Of a DNA stretch of 64,000 nucleotides, positions 40,253 to 50,370 are shown piece by piece. The notes under the pieces are model-generated. The model ran no database searches. It saw only the letters and a program-made list of their open reading frames with translations, and had not been told where the DNA came from. The stretch is taken from assembly GCA_963845535.1 (NCBI GenBank), contig CAWJSK010000016.1:32001-96000 (forward strand), in the 5' to 3' direction. Numbering within the stretch: the first letter of the stretch is position 1; the number at the start of each line of letters is the position of its first letter. The DNA comes from an uncultured Spirochaetota bacterium (GTDB lineage: Bacteria; Spirochaetota; Spirochaetia; SZUA-6; Fen-1364). Position numbers and translations under genes: made by a program.

Positions 40253-40281
40253 TTGACACCCTACCGGGCGGCTCGTATTGT
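40253..40281 (+). promoter_or_regulatory. Sigma-70 promoter of the peptide ABC operon
   Basis: TTGACA (40253-40258), N17, TATTGT (40276-40281). Confidence 0.75.
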
Positions 40282-40313
40282 AACACAATCATACTGGAAA
40301 GGAGAAATCACGC

Positions 40314-41864
40314 ATGAAGAGGTTGATCGCTTTATTTGCGGCTTTCGCCCTGCTTCTGGCGGCGGCTGCGTCATGGGCGCAAACCGGCACTCTCGTGTAC
40401 GGGACCACGGACAAAGTCTCCGATATGGACCCGGCAAGCGCGTACGACTTCCACACCTGGGAAATTTTCCAGAACGTCAGCGCGGGGCTTCTCGCCTACA
40501 CCCCGGGGACGACAAAAATCGTGCCGTCACTCGCAACCGGCTATAGCGTAAGCGAGGGTGGAGACGAGTACATCGTCACCCTGAGGAAGGGCGTAAAGTT
40601 CTCCAATGGAGACCCGTTCAACGCTGACGCGGTCAAGTGGAGCATCGACAGGGTAGCCAAGCTGAATGGGGACCCGGCGGCCCTCGTGACGCAGTACGTG
40701 AAGGAAGTCCAGGTCGTGAATGAGACGACCGTGAAGTTCATCCTCAAGCAGCCCGTCGGCTACTTCCCCGCCCTTTTGGCCACCCCGACGTATTTCCCCA
40801 TGGACCCGAGCGTCTATCCCGTGGACAAGATCGTGAAGGACGTCGGGGAGCTGACCGGTGGGGAGATTGCGGCCCTCGGCCCCTACAAGCTCACCTCTTT
40901 CAAGCGGGATGAGGAAGCGGTGTTCGAGGCCAACCCGAACTACTTCGGCGCTCAGCCGCCGATCAAGAAGATCATCATCCGCTACTTCGCGGACGCCACC
41001 ACCATGAGGCTCGCGCTGGAGAAAGGGGAAATCGACCTGGCATTCAAGTCCCTGAACCCCTCCGACATCGCGGACCTCCTGAAAAACCCGAAGTATAACA
41101 ACTGGAAGATCCCGGGCCCGCAAATCCGCTACCTTTGCTTCGAGACATCGGAGAGCGTCTTCAAGGAGAAGAAACTGCGCCAGGCGGTGGCCGCGCTGGT
41201 CAACAGGCCTGAGATAAACCAGAAGGTCTACCTTGGTGAGAACGCCCCCCTGTACTCCATGATCCCCATGGGCATGAGCTACCACAGGGATGACTTCAAG
41301 GAAGTCTGGGGTGACGGAAAAGTGGCCGTGGCTGAAAAGCTCCTTAAGAGCATGGGATACAGCAAGGACAAGCCGTTCGAGTTCGACCTGTGGTACACGC
41401 CGAGCCACTACGGTGACACCGAGGTCAATATGGCGGAAGTCCTGAAGGCAGAGCTGGAGAAAACGCCGCTCGTCAAGGTGAACATCAAGTCCGCCGAATG
41501 GGCCACCTACAAGCAGCAGTGGGACCAGAAACAGATGGCTTCTTTCCTCCTGGGCTGGTATCCCGATTACATTGATCCTGATGACTACACGTCCCCCTTC
41601 GCACAGACGGAAGGCTCCAAGGGAATGGGGATATTCTTCACCAGCGCCGCCTGGGACAAGCTCTTCCTCCAGGAGCAGTCCGCAAACAAGGACGCAGTGC
41701 GTGACGCCACCTTCGCGAAGATCCAGAAGATGTGGACGGATGAAGTCATGACCGTTCCCATTTTCCAGGGCAACTTGTACGTCTTCACGAAGAAAAACGT
41801 GACGGGCGTTAAGATCGGACCCACGCTGATCTTCAACTACGACCAGCTGAAGTTCGTGAAATAA
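40314..41864 (+). CDS. Peptide/nickel ABC transporter substrate-binding protein (family 5)
   Basis: Signal peptide; LRKGVKFSNGDPFNADAVKWSIDR; GPYKL; GWYPDYIDPD. Confidence 0.95.
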   Translation: MKRLIALFAAFALLLAAAASWAQTGTLVYGTTDKVSDMDPASAYDFHTWEIFQNVSAGLLAYTPGTTKIVPSLATGYSVSEGGDEYIVTLRKGVKFSNGDPFNADAVKWSIDRVAKLNGDPAALVTQYVKEVQVVNETTVKFILKQPVGYFPALLATPTYFPMDPSVYPVDKIVKDVGELTGGEIAALGPYKLTSFKRDEEAVFEANPNYFGAQPPIKKIIIRYFADATTMRLALEKGEIDLAFKSLNPSDIADLLKNPKYNNWKIPGPQIRYLCFETSESVFKEKKLRQAVAALVNRPEINQKVYLGENAPLYSMIPMGMSYHRDDFKEVWGDGKVAVAEKLLKSMGYSKDKPFEFDLWYTPSHYGDTEVNMAEVLKAELEKTPLVKVNIKSAEWATYKQQWDQKQMASFLLGWYPDYIDPDDYTSPFAQTEGSKGMGIFFTSAAWDKLFLQEQSANKDAVRDATFAKIQKMWTDEVMTVPIFQGNLYVFTKKNVTGVKIGPTLIFNYDQLKFVK

Positions 41865-41879
41865 GAGCGGGTAGCCGCG

Positions 41880-41912
41880 GTCGGGTCCCCGCCCGGGGAC
41901 CCGACGCCTTTT
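41880..41912 (+). terminator. Stem-loop after the substrate-binding gene (mRNA stabiliser or partial terminator)
   Basis: GTCGGGTCCCC-GCCC-GGGGACCCGAC followed by GCCTTTT. Confidence 0.75.
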
Positions 41913-41919
41913 CCCTCCC

Positions 41920-42936
41920 ATGAGACACCTTTTCAGCTACATCATCACCCGACTCCTCCTGGCCATCCCCATGGTCTTCATCATGATGACCATCATTTTC
42001 GTGGTGTTGAGGATCATGCCGGGAGACCCCGTGGGCGCCATGCTGGGCGGTCATGCGCCGCAGAAGGTGATCGACGAGAAGAAGGAGGAGCTGGGGCTCA
42101 ACAAGCCCATTGCCGTGCAGTACGTGGAGTACCTCGGCCAGCTCCTGCGCCTCGACCTGGGAGAGTCCATGATCTTCAAGCAGAAAGTCAGCCAGCCCAT
42201 CATCGAGAAGCTGCCCGCCACCATCGAGCTCACGTTGTCAGCGCTGCTCGTCAGCCTCGGCATCGGGATCCCCCTGGGCGCGTATGCCGCGCAGCGCCGG
42301 CGGACCGGGCGGGACTACTCGGCGCGCCTGTACGCGAACATCGTCTACTGCATCCCCGTGTTCTGGATGGGCCTTATGCTTCAGCTCTTGTTCGGCGTGT
42401 GGCTGGGCTGGTTCCCGATAGCCGGCAGGACCGGCGCCCGAGTGGACGTATCCACTTTCAGCAAGACCGGTTTCTACATCATTGACGCCATTCGCGCCGG
42501 CAATATTGCCGCCCTGGTCGACGTGCTCTGGCACCTGGTCCTGCCCGCCGTGACGCTGGGGGTAGTGCTATCAGGAATCTTCGTCCGCCTGACGAGGGCG
42601 AACATGCTCGACGTGTTGAAGGCTGACTACATCCTGGCGGCCCGGGCCCGCGGCATTCCCGAGCGAAGGGTCGTCTACAGCCATGGTCTCCGCAACGCCC
42701 TGATCCCCGTGGTCACCATGCTCGGCCTCCAGTTCAGCCTGCTTCTTGCGGGAGCCATTCTCACGGAAAGCACGTTCTCCTGGCCGGGCATGGGGAGGCT
42801 TCTTTTGGAGAGGATATACCTGCGCGATTACCCGGTGATCCAGGGAGTGATCATCGTCTACACGCTGTTCGTGAGCGCCGTGTCCCTTCTCGTGGACCTC
42901 CTCTATGCGGTGATCGACCCGCGGGTGAAATACTGA
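41920..42936 (+). CDS. Peptide ABC transporter permease (DppB/OppB-like)
   Basis: PGDP, LPATIEL, YILAARARG (EAA loop), FSWPGMG and IDPRV. Confidence 0.95.
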   Translation: MRHLFSYIITRLLLAIPMVFIMMTIIFVVLRIMPGDPVGAMLGGHAPQKVIDEKKEELGLNKPIAVQYVEYLGQLLRLDLGESMIFKQKVSQPIIEKLPATIELTLSALLVSLGIGIPLGAYAAQRRRTGRDYSARLYANIVYCIPVFWMGLMLQLLFGVWLGWFPIAGRTGARVDVSTFSKTGFYIIDAIRAGNIAALVDVLWHLVLPAVTLGVVLSGIFVRLTRANMLDVLKADYILAARARGIPERRVVYSHGLRNALIPVVTMLGLQFSLLLAGAILTESTFSWPGMGRLLLERIYLRDYPVIQGVIIVYTLFVSAVSLLVDLLYAVIDPRVKY

Positions 42937-42937
42937 C

Positions 42938-43858
42938 ATGAGCAGCCAAACCTCGCCTCGGCCTGCCCACGGCGCCCGATTCTCCCCGGCTTCCGGGCTG
43001 GCATCCCTGCTGGGATGGTTTTCCTCCTCGCGCAAAAAATACGGAGGCGAGTGGTGGATCCTGACGGCGGGCGCGCTCATCATAGCGTTGATCCTCGTCA
43101 TGACGGTTTTCCCGCGCGCATTCACGAAGTACAGCCCCGAGGACCAGAACGCGGGCGGGCAGATGACCGCTCCGAGCCGCGCGCACATCATGGGCACGGA
43201 CAACTTGAGCCGTGACGTCTGGGCCCGGGTGGTCTACGGCGCGCAGACGATACTCGGAGTAGCCATGGCGGCCGCCCTCCTCTCCGCCATCATCGGCATC
43301 CCCTTGGGACTGCTGTCGGGCTTTGCCGGCGGCGTCTTCGACCGCATCCTCTCCCTCATCATGGACTCCGTGTATTCGTTCCCCGGGTTGATCCTTGCCA
43401 TCGCCTTTGCCGCCATGCTCGGTCCCGGGGTGATCAACATCACCATGGCGGTCGCGGTTGTATACATCCCGACGTACTTCCGCCTGGTGCGGGGCCAGAC
43501 ACTTTCCATCAAGGAAGAGGTCTACGTGGAGGCGGCACGGGCCATTGGCGCGCCCCGCGGGACCATCCTCAGCCGCTATGTGTTCCCAAACGTCATTGCC
43601 ACGGTCGTCGTCATCTTCTCCCTGAACGTCGCGGACGCCATCATGACGGAAGCCGCGCTTTCCTACATCGGCCTCGGGTTGCCTGCGGGGATACCTGATT
43701 GGGGGATGGACCTTTCCATGGGCAAGAAGTTCCTCCCCTCCGGGATCTGGTGGATGATCACCTTCCCCGGGCTCATGATCATGCTGCTCGCCCTGGGGTT
43801 CACGATGATGGGCGAAGGCCTGGCAGAAGTGCTCAACCCCCGGCTCTTGGAGAAATGA
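42938..43858 (+). CDS. Peptide ABC transporter permease (DppC/OppC-like)
   Basis: GTDNLSRDVWARVVYG, YVEAARAIGA and EAALSYIGLG. Confidence 0.95.
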   Translation: MSSQTSPRPAHGARFSPASGLASLLGWFSSSRKKYGGEWWILTAGALIIALILVMTVFPRAFTKYSPEDQNAGGQMTAPSRAHIMGTDNLSRDVWARVVYGAQTILGVAMAAALLSAIIGIPLGLLSGFAGGVFDRILSLIMDSVYSFPGLILAIAFAAMLGPGVINITMAVAVVYIPTYFRLVRGQTLSIKEEVYVEAARAIGAPRGTILSRYVFPNVIATVVVIFSLNVADAIMTEAALSYIGLGLPAGIPDWGMDLSMGKKFLPSGIWWMITFPGLMIMLLALGFTMMGEGLAEVLNPRLLEK

Positions 43859-43862
43859 AGCG

Positions 43863-44846
43863 GTGGAAAGCGCGGAAACGATCCTCAGGGTGAACGACCT
43901 CGTCATCCAGTACCCCATCTCCATCGGCGTGGTTCGCGCCGTGGAAGGGGTGTCATTCACGCTCGCGGACGGAGAAGCACTGGGCCTTGTTGGAGAGTCA
44001 GGGTGCGGCAAGTCCACGCTCGGTCTGTCACTCCTGAAGCTCCTCCGGCCGCCCGGCCAGGTGACGGGGGGCACCATCATGTACCGGGGGACCGACGTGC
44101 TGGGGCTGGACCAGCGCTCCCTCCTTGCGCTTCGCGGGCAAAGCATCTCCATGATTTTCCAGAACCCGCTCACGTCGCTCAACCCGCTTTTCACCGTGGA
44201 GCGCCACTTCCTGGAAACCATTCACTTCCATGATGCTTCCATGCCGCGGCGTGACGCGCTGGCGGCGGTTGAGAAAATGCTCGCCACGCTGAGCATCGAA
44301 CGCAAGCGGCTTCGCGAATATCCCCACCAGCTCTCCGGTGGCATGCGCCAGAGGATCATGATCGGGCTTGCCCTCATCATGAACCCCGACATCCTGATTG
44401 CGGACGAGCCCACCACGTCCCTCGACGTCATTGTGGAGGCAGGGTTCACCCAGTTGCTTGCCGACCTGCGACGCGTCTACAAGCTCTCCATCATCCTGAT
44501 CACGCACAACCTCGGCCTCGTGGCGGAGATCGCGGACAGGATTGCCGTGATGTACGGGGGGAAGATCATGGAGATAGGCCCGGCTGAGGACATCTTTGCC
44601 CGGCCCCTGCATCCTTACACCCAGGGCCTGATCAACTGCGTCCCCAATATCCGCCTGGAGCAGAAGGAGCTTGTAACCATGCCCGGCAGCCCCCCTGACC
44701 TTGTCTCACCACCGAGCGGCTGCAGGTTCGCGCCCCGTTGCCCGAAGGTGATGCCGATCTGCCGGGAGAAAGCCCCGGAGCTTCTGGAGCATGCCCCGGC
44801 GCACAGCGCCGCATGCTGGCTTCACGACGGGAAGGGCGCACGATGA
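43863..44846 (+). CDS. Peptide ABC transporter ATPase (DppD/OppD-like)
   Basis: GESGCGKS, LSGGMRQR, ADEPTT, HPYT and C-terminal Cys cluster. Confidence 0.95.
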   Translation: MESAETILRVNDLVIQYPISIGVVRAVEGVSFTLADGEALGLVGESGCGKSTLGLSLLKLLRPPGQVTGGTIMYRGTDVLGLDQRSLLALRGQSISMIFQNPLTSLNPLFTVERHFLETIHFHDASMPRRDALAAVEKMLATLSIERKRLREYPHQLSGGMRQRIMIGLALIMNPDILIADEPTTSLDVIVEAGFTQLLADLRRVYKLSIILITHNLGLVAEIADRIAVMYGGKIMEIGPAEDIFARPLHPYTQGLINCVPNIRLEQKELVTMPGSPPDLVSPPSGCRFAPRCPKVMPICREKAPELLEHAPAHSAACWLHDGKGAR

Positions 44847-45820
44847 GCACGCTCGTTCGAGCGGTAGAGCTGATAAAGGACTTCCCGCTTCGCGGCTCGC
44901 TTTTCGACGCTTTTTCGCCCCGCCGCAAGGCGGTGCACGCGGTGGACAGGGTGAGCTTCTCGATCGACGAAGGAGAAGTGCTCGGGCTGGCTGGTGAGAG
45001 CGGCTCGGGCAAGTCGACAACGGGCCGGCTTCTTCTGCGCCTCATCGAGCCCACATCGGGGCGGGTCGAATACCGGGACCGTGACGTCATCAGCCTCGGC
45101 GCCAAGAGGCTGGCTGCGTTTCGCGCCAGCGCGCAGATCGTGTTCCAGGACCCCAACTCCTCCCTTTCCCCGCGAATGAGCGTGGGGCAGGCCATCACGC
45201 ATCCTTTGCAGATCCACCGGATTGGGAACGCCGCGGAGCAAAAGGCGCGGGTGCTCGATCTCATGGAGAAGGTGGGGCTTTCTCCGGCGGGCTTTCTTTA
45301 CAAGAAATACCCGCACCAGCTCTCCGGCGGACAGAGCCAGAGGGTCGTGATTGCGCGCGCCCTCGTAACTCGCCCGGACTTCCTGGTCGCTGATGAACCG
45401 ATTGCCATGGCGGACGTTTCGGTGCGCGCGCTCATCCTCCAGCTCATGAAGCAGCTCAAGGAGGAGATGGGGCTCACCTACCTCTTCATCACGCATGACC
45501 TGGCAACGGCCAAGTACCTCTGCGACAGGGTTGCCGTCATGTACCTGGGCCGGATCGTGGAGCTTGCGAGCCGGGACGAGCTTTTCAGCCGGCCGCATCA
45601 TCCCTACACAAAAGCGCTCCTTGCCGCCGTGCCGGTGCCCGACCCCAAGGCCAGGCGTGAGAAAAACCTCCCCCGCGGGGAAATCCCCAGCGCCATTGAC
45701 CCGCCCGCGGGCTGCCATTTTCACCCACGCTGTCCGTTTGCCATTGCCAAGTGCAAGGAAGCCCGGCCTCCCCTCAGACAAATTTCTCCGGGCCACGTAT
45801 CCGCCTGCATCCTGGACTAG
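44843..45820 (+). CDS. Peptide ABC transporter ATPase (DppF/OppF-like)
   Basis: GESGSGKST, LSGGQSQR, ADEP and GCHFHPRCP; ATGA overlap with the previous gene. Confidence 0.95.
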   Translation: MSTLVRAVELIKDFPLRGSLFDAFSPRRKAVHAVDRVSFSIDEGEVLGLAGESGSGKSTTGRLLLRLIEPTSGRVEYRDRDVISLGAKRLAAFRASAQIVFQDPNSSLSPRMSVGQAITHPLQIHRIGNAAEQKARVLDLMEKVGLSPAGFLYKKYPHQLSGGQSQRVVIARALVTRPDFLVADEPIAMADVSVRALILQLMKQLKEEMGLTYLFITHDLATAKYLCDRVAVMYLGRIVELASRDELFSRPHHPYTKALLAAVPVPDPKARREKNLPRGEIPSAIDPPAGCHFHPRCPFAIAKCKEARPPLRQISPGHVSACILD

Positions 45821-45882
45821 AACCGGTCCACGCGCTTGCTTTTCCAGGCCGGCCTGCGGATATTCTCGGCCAGGAGAGAAGC

Positions 45883-46854
45883 GTGGAGAAGCGCAGGCTC
45901 GGGAAAACGGAGATCCAGATAACTCCCATCGGGATGGGCTGCTGGCAGTTCGGCCAGGGCGGCAACTTTGTCGCCCGCTTCTGGAGCGCCCTGGACCAGG
46001 GAACGGTCACGGACACGGTGGCTGCCGCTTTGCACAGCGGAATAAGCTGGTTCGATACCGCGGAGGTCTACGGCGCGGGCAAGTCGGAGAAGGCGCTTTC
46101 CGCGGCGCTTTCACACCTCAAAGTCAGGCCCGGGGAAACCGTAATCGCGACCAAGTGGTTTCCTCTGGCACGAAGCGCGAAGTCAATTCGATCCACCATC
46201 GAGACCCGCGTGGAATGTCTCAGCCCCTACCCCATCGACCTGCACCAGATCCATCAGCCGTGGAGCTATTCCCCCATCGCCGCGCAGATGACGGAAATGG
46301 CCGGCCTTCTGAAAGCCGGACTCATCAGATCCGTCGGCGTGAGCAACTTCTCCGCCCACCAGATGGAGGAGGCGCACAACGCGCTTGCCGCGCACGGCGT
46401 CCCCCTGGCGTCCAATCAGATCCGCTACAACCTCCTGGACCGGAGGATCGAGACCAACGGCATCCTCGAGACCGCCCGGAGACTGGGCATCACGCTGATC
46501 GCCTACTCGCCGCTTGCCCAGGGGATTCTCACCGGCCGGTTCCATGAGGACCCGCAGTCAGTCACATCGGTGCCCCGCCTGCGGCGGATGAGCGGCGCCT
46601 ACACCCGGAGGTCAATCGAGAGGACGCGCCCTCTTGTCGACGAGATGCGGTTGATCGCGCGTGCCCATGGCGCGACGGTTTCCCAGGTTGCGTTGAACTG
46701 GACCGTGAGCTTCAACGACTCGGTCGTCGTGGCAATCCCCGGAGCTTCCCGGCCCGCGCAGGCTGAACAGAGCGCAGCCGCCCTGGGCTTCAGGCTCGCC
46801 GCGAAGGAGCTCTCCCGCATCGACGAGCTGTCACGGGCCGTCGCGCCGCGTTGA
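45883..46854 (+). CDS. Aldo/keto reductase
   Basis: GMGCWQ, FDTAEVYG, IATK, IDLHQIH, GVSNF and AYSPLAQG; RBS AGGAG before GTG 45883. Confidence 0.94.
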   Translation: MEKRRLGKTEIQITPIGMGCWQFGQGGNFVARFWSALDQGTVTDTVAAALHSGISWFDTAEVYGAGKSEKALSAALSHLKVRPGETVIATKWFPLARSAKSIRSTIETRVECLSPYPIDLHQIHQPWSYSPIAAQMTEMAGLLKAGLIRSVGVSNFSAHQMEEAHNALAAHGVPLASNQIRYNLLDRRIETNGILETARRLGITLIAYSPLAQGILTGRFHEDPQSVTSVPRLRRMSGAYTRRSIERTRPLVDEMRLIARAHGATVSQVALNWTVSFNDSVVVAIPGASRPAQAEQSAAALGFRLAAKELSRIDELSRAVAPR

Positions 46855-46918
46855 GCCCCGTCCCGCGCGGCCGCCCGCCCCGCTCGCCCTTCCTGAGACG
46901 GGTGAGTATCTTCAGTGC

Positions 46919-48097
46919 ATGCGAATAGAACGTCGAATCCGGGGAGCCGTCTGCCTGTCGGTCCATCCCCACGGGTGCGAAGAGCACGTGCGGGAGCAGG
47001 TAGCTTACATCAGGAGCCGGCCGGCCCCGGCGGGCGGACCGCGGAAGGTGCTGATCATTGGCGCCTCCACCGGCTATGGTCTTGCATCCCGCATCACGGC
47101 GGCATTCGGCAACCGGGCCGACACGGTTGGCGTATTCTTCGAAAGACCCGCGGATGACGAACGCACCGCGTCGGCGGGATGGTACAACAGCGCCTTTTTC
47201 GAAGAGGAGGCCCGCGCGGAGGGCCTGAACGCCTGGAGCCTCAACGGCGACGCGTTCACCGACGAGGTGAAGAAGCAGACGCTGGAGCTCGTTGCGAAAC
47301 GGACGGGTCCGGTGGACCTCGTGATCTACAGTCTGGCAGCCCCGCGCCGCGGGCAGTTCACCTCATCCCTTCGGCCCATCAGCCAGCCTTTCACCGGCAA
47401 GACCGTGAACTTTCAGACCGGGCAGGTCTACGAGACGACGGTCCCTCCCGCCACGGAAGAAGAGATCCGCGGGACGGTTGCGGTGATGGGCGGCGAAGAC
47501 TGGCAATTATGGATCACGGCGCTGCGGGAGGCGGGATTGCTTGCCCCGGGCGCCATCACGCTTGCCTACTCCTATATCGGCTCCCCGGCCCTTGCCGCCA
47601 TCTACCGCAAGGGCACTATCGGAATGGCCAAGGAGCACCTCGAGGCCACGGCACGGGCCATGAACGGCGAGTTGGAAAAGGCCATTGGCGGTCGGGCCAT
47701 CGTGGCCGTCAACAAGGCCGTGGTGACGCTTGCCAGCGCTGCCATCCCGTTCGTGCCGCTGTATATCGCGCTGCTCTACAAGGTCATGAAGGAGCGGGGC
47801 ACACACGAAGGCTGCATCGAACAGATGAACCGGCTGTTCCGCGACCGTCTCTACACCGGCGGCCCCATTCCCGTGGACGAGGCCGGGCGCATCCGCCTGG
47901 ATGAGCGTGAGCTGGATCCCACGGTCCAGGAAAAGGTGCGCGAGCTGTTTGCCCAGGTCACCACGGAGAACCTGCCGCAACTTTCGGACTTCGAAGGCTA
48001 CCGCAAGGAGCTTTCGCGCATCTGCGGCTTCGACTCCCCCGGGGTGAACTACACCGAAGACGTGGACCCGCGCGTGCGCATACCGTCCTTGACCTAG
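46919..48097 (+). CDS. fabV: Trans-2-enoyl-CoA / enoyl-ACP reductase FabV (TER)
   Basis: HPHGC, GASTGYGLASRI, AGWYN, NGDAF, VMGGEDW and the YX8K motif YRKGTIGMAK. Confidence 0.95.
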   Translation: MRIERRIRGAVCLSVHPHGCEEHVREQVAYIRSRPAPAGGPRKVLIIGASTGYGLASRITAAFGNRADTVGVFFERPADDERTASAGWYNSAFFEEEARAEGLNAWSLNGDAFTDEVKKQTLELVAKRTGPVDLVIYSLAAPRRGQFTSSLRPISQPFTGKTVNFQTGQVYETTVPPATEEEIRGTVAVMGGEDWQLWITALREAGLLAPGAITLAYSYIGSPALAAIYRKGTIGMAKEHLEATARAMNGELEKAIGGRAIVAVNKAVVTLASAAIPFVPLYIALLYKVMKERGTHEGCIEQMNRLFRDRLYTGGPIPVDEAGRIRLDERELDPTVQEKVRELFAQVTTENLPQLSDFEGYRKELSRICGFDSPGVNYTEDVDPRVRIPSLT

Positions 48098-48098
48098 C

Positions 48099-48166
48099 GC
48101 AGGCCTCTGCGCGGAAGCAGGCCTCTGCGCGGAAACAGGCGCGCGGAAGCAGGCCTCTGCGCGACG
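48099..48166. repeat. 18-bp tandem repeat GCAGGCCTCTGCGCGGAA (3 near-full copies plus one internally deleted copy) after the fabV stop
   Basis: Units at 48099, 48117, 48135 (14 bp) and 48149. Confidence 0.9.
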
Positions 48167-48191
48167 TCGCGCGCGGGGGCCGTCCCTCGCC

Positions 48192-48220
48192 TTTACCCGT
48201 CCCCCTTCCCCTGCTATCCT
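48192..48220 (+). promoter_or_regulatory. Sigma-70 promoter, probably leaderless, for the M42 cluster
   Basis: TTTACC-N17-TATCCT with extended TG, 7 nt before ATG 48228; no Shine-Dalgarno. Confidence 0.6.
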
Positions 48221-48227
48221 CGATGCC

Positions 48228-49331
48228 ATGGATACTGCCACCCTCGTGCGGGAGCTGGTGGAAGCTCGGGGCGCTTCAGGGTACGAGGCCGAGGTCCGCG
48301 AGGTAGTGAGGAAGCGCTTCATGGAGCTCGCTCACGAGGTGCGGGTCGACGCCATGGGGAACCTCATTGCCCTGAGAAGGGGAGAGGGCGCCTCGGGAGA
48401 CCGACCCTCCGTCATGCTCGCCGGGCACATGGACGAGATTGCGCTCATGGTGACCCGGATCGAAAAAGGCTTCCTCCAGGTCACCCAGATCGGCGGTTTC
48501 GACCCGAGGGTGCTCTTCGGCCAGGAAGTGGTGGTTCATGGCTCCCGTGAGCTGCCCGGCCTGGTGGTGAGCGTCCCCCCGCACTTCACGGATCCTTCGG
48601 AGCGGGAGAAGCCCGTCCCCCTTGAAAAGCTCTTCATCGACGTCGGGCTTCCTTGCGATGACGTGGAGGCGACGGTTCACGTTGGTGACGTGGTGACGAT
48701 GCGCGGCCGCTTCATCCCTCTTACGGGCGGCTACGTGGCGGGCAAATCCATGGACGACCGTGCCGCCGTTGCGGCCATCGTGCTGTGCCTGGAAGAGCTG
48801 GCCCGGCGCAGGCACTCCTGGAACGTCTTTGCCGTGGCGACAGTCCAGGAAGAGGCCTCCATGGCGGGCGCCGTGACGGGCGCGTACGGCATCGACCCCA
48901 CAATCGCAGTGGTTGTCGACGCAACCTTTGGAATGCAACCCGGCCTGTCGCCGAACGAGACAGTGAAAATGGACGGAGGTCCGAGCATCGCCATCGGGCC
49001 GAACTTCCACCCGGTCCTCAGCGAGAGGCTCGCCGCAGCGGCCTCCGCCCTGGAGATTCCCCACCAGACGGAGGTGATGGCAGGCCCCAGCGGCACGGAT
49101 GCCTGGGCCATTCAGGTGAGCAGGTCAGGGGTGCCCTGCGGCCTCCTGGGCATCCCCGTGCGCTCCATGCACACGCCCGTGGAAACCGTCTGCCTGAGGG
49201 ACATCGAGAGAACCGCGAAGCTCCTGGCGGAGTTCATCGCCCGGCTCACCCCGGGATTCGAAGACGCCCTGTCCTCGCGGGACGCGCTGTCCGCCGGCAA
49301 CGGCCAGCCCGGCAAGCAGAAGGGGGCGTAA
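48228..49331 (+). CDS. M42 (TET) family metallo-aminopeptidase, copy 1
   Basis: GHMDEI, KSMDDR, TVQEE, GTDA and RSMHTP. Confidence 0.92.
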   Translation: MDTATLVRELVEARGASGYEAEVREVVRKRFMELAHEVRVDAMGNLIALRRGEGASGDRPSVMLAGHMDEIALMVTRIEKGFLQVTQIGGFDPRVLFGQEVVVHGSRELPGLVVSVPPHFTDPSEREKPVPLEKLFIDVGLPCDDVEATVHVGDVVTMRGRFIPLTGGYVAGKSMDDRAAVAAIVLCLEELARRRHSWNVFAVATVQEEASMAGAVTGAYGIDPTIAVVVDATFGMQPGLSPNETVKMDGGPSIAIGPNFHPVLSERLAAAASALEIPHQTEVMAGPSGTDAWAIQVSRSGVPCGLLGIPVRSMHTPVETVCLRDIERTAKLLAEFIARLTPGFEDALSSRDALSAGNGQPGKQKGA

Positions 49332-49332
49332 C

Positions 49333-50370
49333 GTGCTGCTCAGGAAGCTCTCCGAGGCTTTTGGCGTTTCCGGCCATGAGGAGGAGGTGCGCGCCCTCAT
49401 CCTGGAGGAGATCCGGGACGTCGTGGACGAGTGCCGGGTGGATGCGATGGGGAACCTCATCGCCCGAAAGAAAGGGCGCGGCGCCTCCTCCGTGCGCGTG
49501 CTGGCCGCCGCGCACATGGACGAGGTGGGGCTCATGGTCACCCAGATCGAGGACACCGGCCTCCTGCGCTTTGCCAAGGTGGGAGGCATCGATGACCGCG
49601 TCCTTCCCGCCCGCGCCGTGTTTGTAGGAGATGCGCGCGTGCCGGGAGTCATCGGGTCCAAGCCCGTTCACCTCACGGAAAAGGGGGAACGGGACAAGGT
49701 CATGGATTTCAAGCAGCTTGCCATCGACATTGGAGCCTCCAGCAAGGGGGAGGCGGAGAGACTTGTCCACCGCGGCGACTGCGCCGTGTTTGCAACGGAT
49801 TTCCTCGAGCTGTCGTCAGCCAATTCGTGGAAGGCCGTGCGCGGCAAGGCGCTGGACGACAGGGTGGGATGCGCCCTGCTGGTGGAGCTTCTCAAGGAGA
49901 AGCTTCCCTTCGACTTCATTGCCGCATTCACCGTGCAGGAGGAGGTCGGGCTGCGCGGCGCGAGGGTGGCCGCCTACGCGGAAGACCCGGACGCCGCAGT
50001 GGTCCTGGAGTGCACGGCGGCCAACGAGGTTCCCAACCGACGGGACGTGAGCCCTTCAACGCGCCTCGGTGATGGCCCGGCCGTCACCGTCATGGACAAC
50101 AGCTTCGTTGCTGATCCGCGGCTCGTGGAGCATTTTCTCTCCACGGCCGCGCGCAAGAGCATCCCGGTCCAGGTCAAGCAGCCGAACATCGGCGGAACGG
50201 ATGCCGGGGCCATCCAGCGGGCCCGCCAGGGAGTCGCTGCAATCACCATCGCCGTGCCGGCTCGCTACATCCATTCCCCCGCGGCCATCATGAACGCCGC
50301 GGACTTCGATCACGCACGGGCCCTCGTGCGGGAGGCCATGCCGCGCCTGGGGGAAAGCTTGAAGAAATGA
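49333..50370 (+). CDS. M42 (TET) family metallo-aminopeptidase, copy 2
   Basis: AHMDEVG, KALDDR, QEEVGLRGA, GGTDA and RYIHSP. Confidence 0.93.
   Translation: MLLRKLSEAFGVSGHEEEVRALILEEIRDVVDECRVDAMGNLIARKKGRGASSVRVLAAAHMDEVGLMVTQIEDTGLLRFAKVGGIDDRVLPARAVFVGDARVPGVIGSKPVHLTEKGERDKVMDFKQLAIDIGASSKGEAERLVHRGDCAVFATDFLELSSANSWKAVRGKALDDRVGCALLVELLKEKLPFDFIAAFTVQEEVGLRGARVAAYAEDPDAAVVLECTAANEVPNRRDVSPSTRLGDGPAVTVMDNSFVADPRLVEHFLSTAARKSIPVQVKQPNIGGTDAGAIQRARQGVAAITIAVPARYIHSPAAIMNAADFDHARALVREAMPRLGESLKK

Noticed and set aside
48099..48166. Repeat arrays (also 9431, 27114, 53621) as mini-CRISPRs
   Set aside because: Units are directly adjacent with no unique spacers, are shorter than CRISPR repeats, and no cas genes are present.
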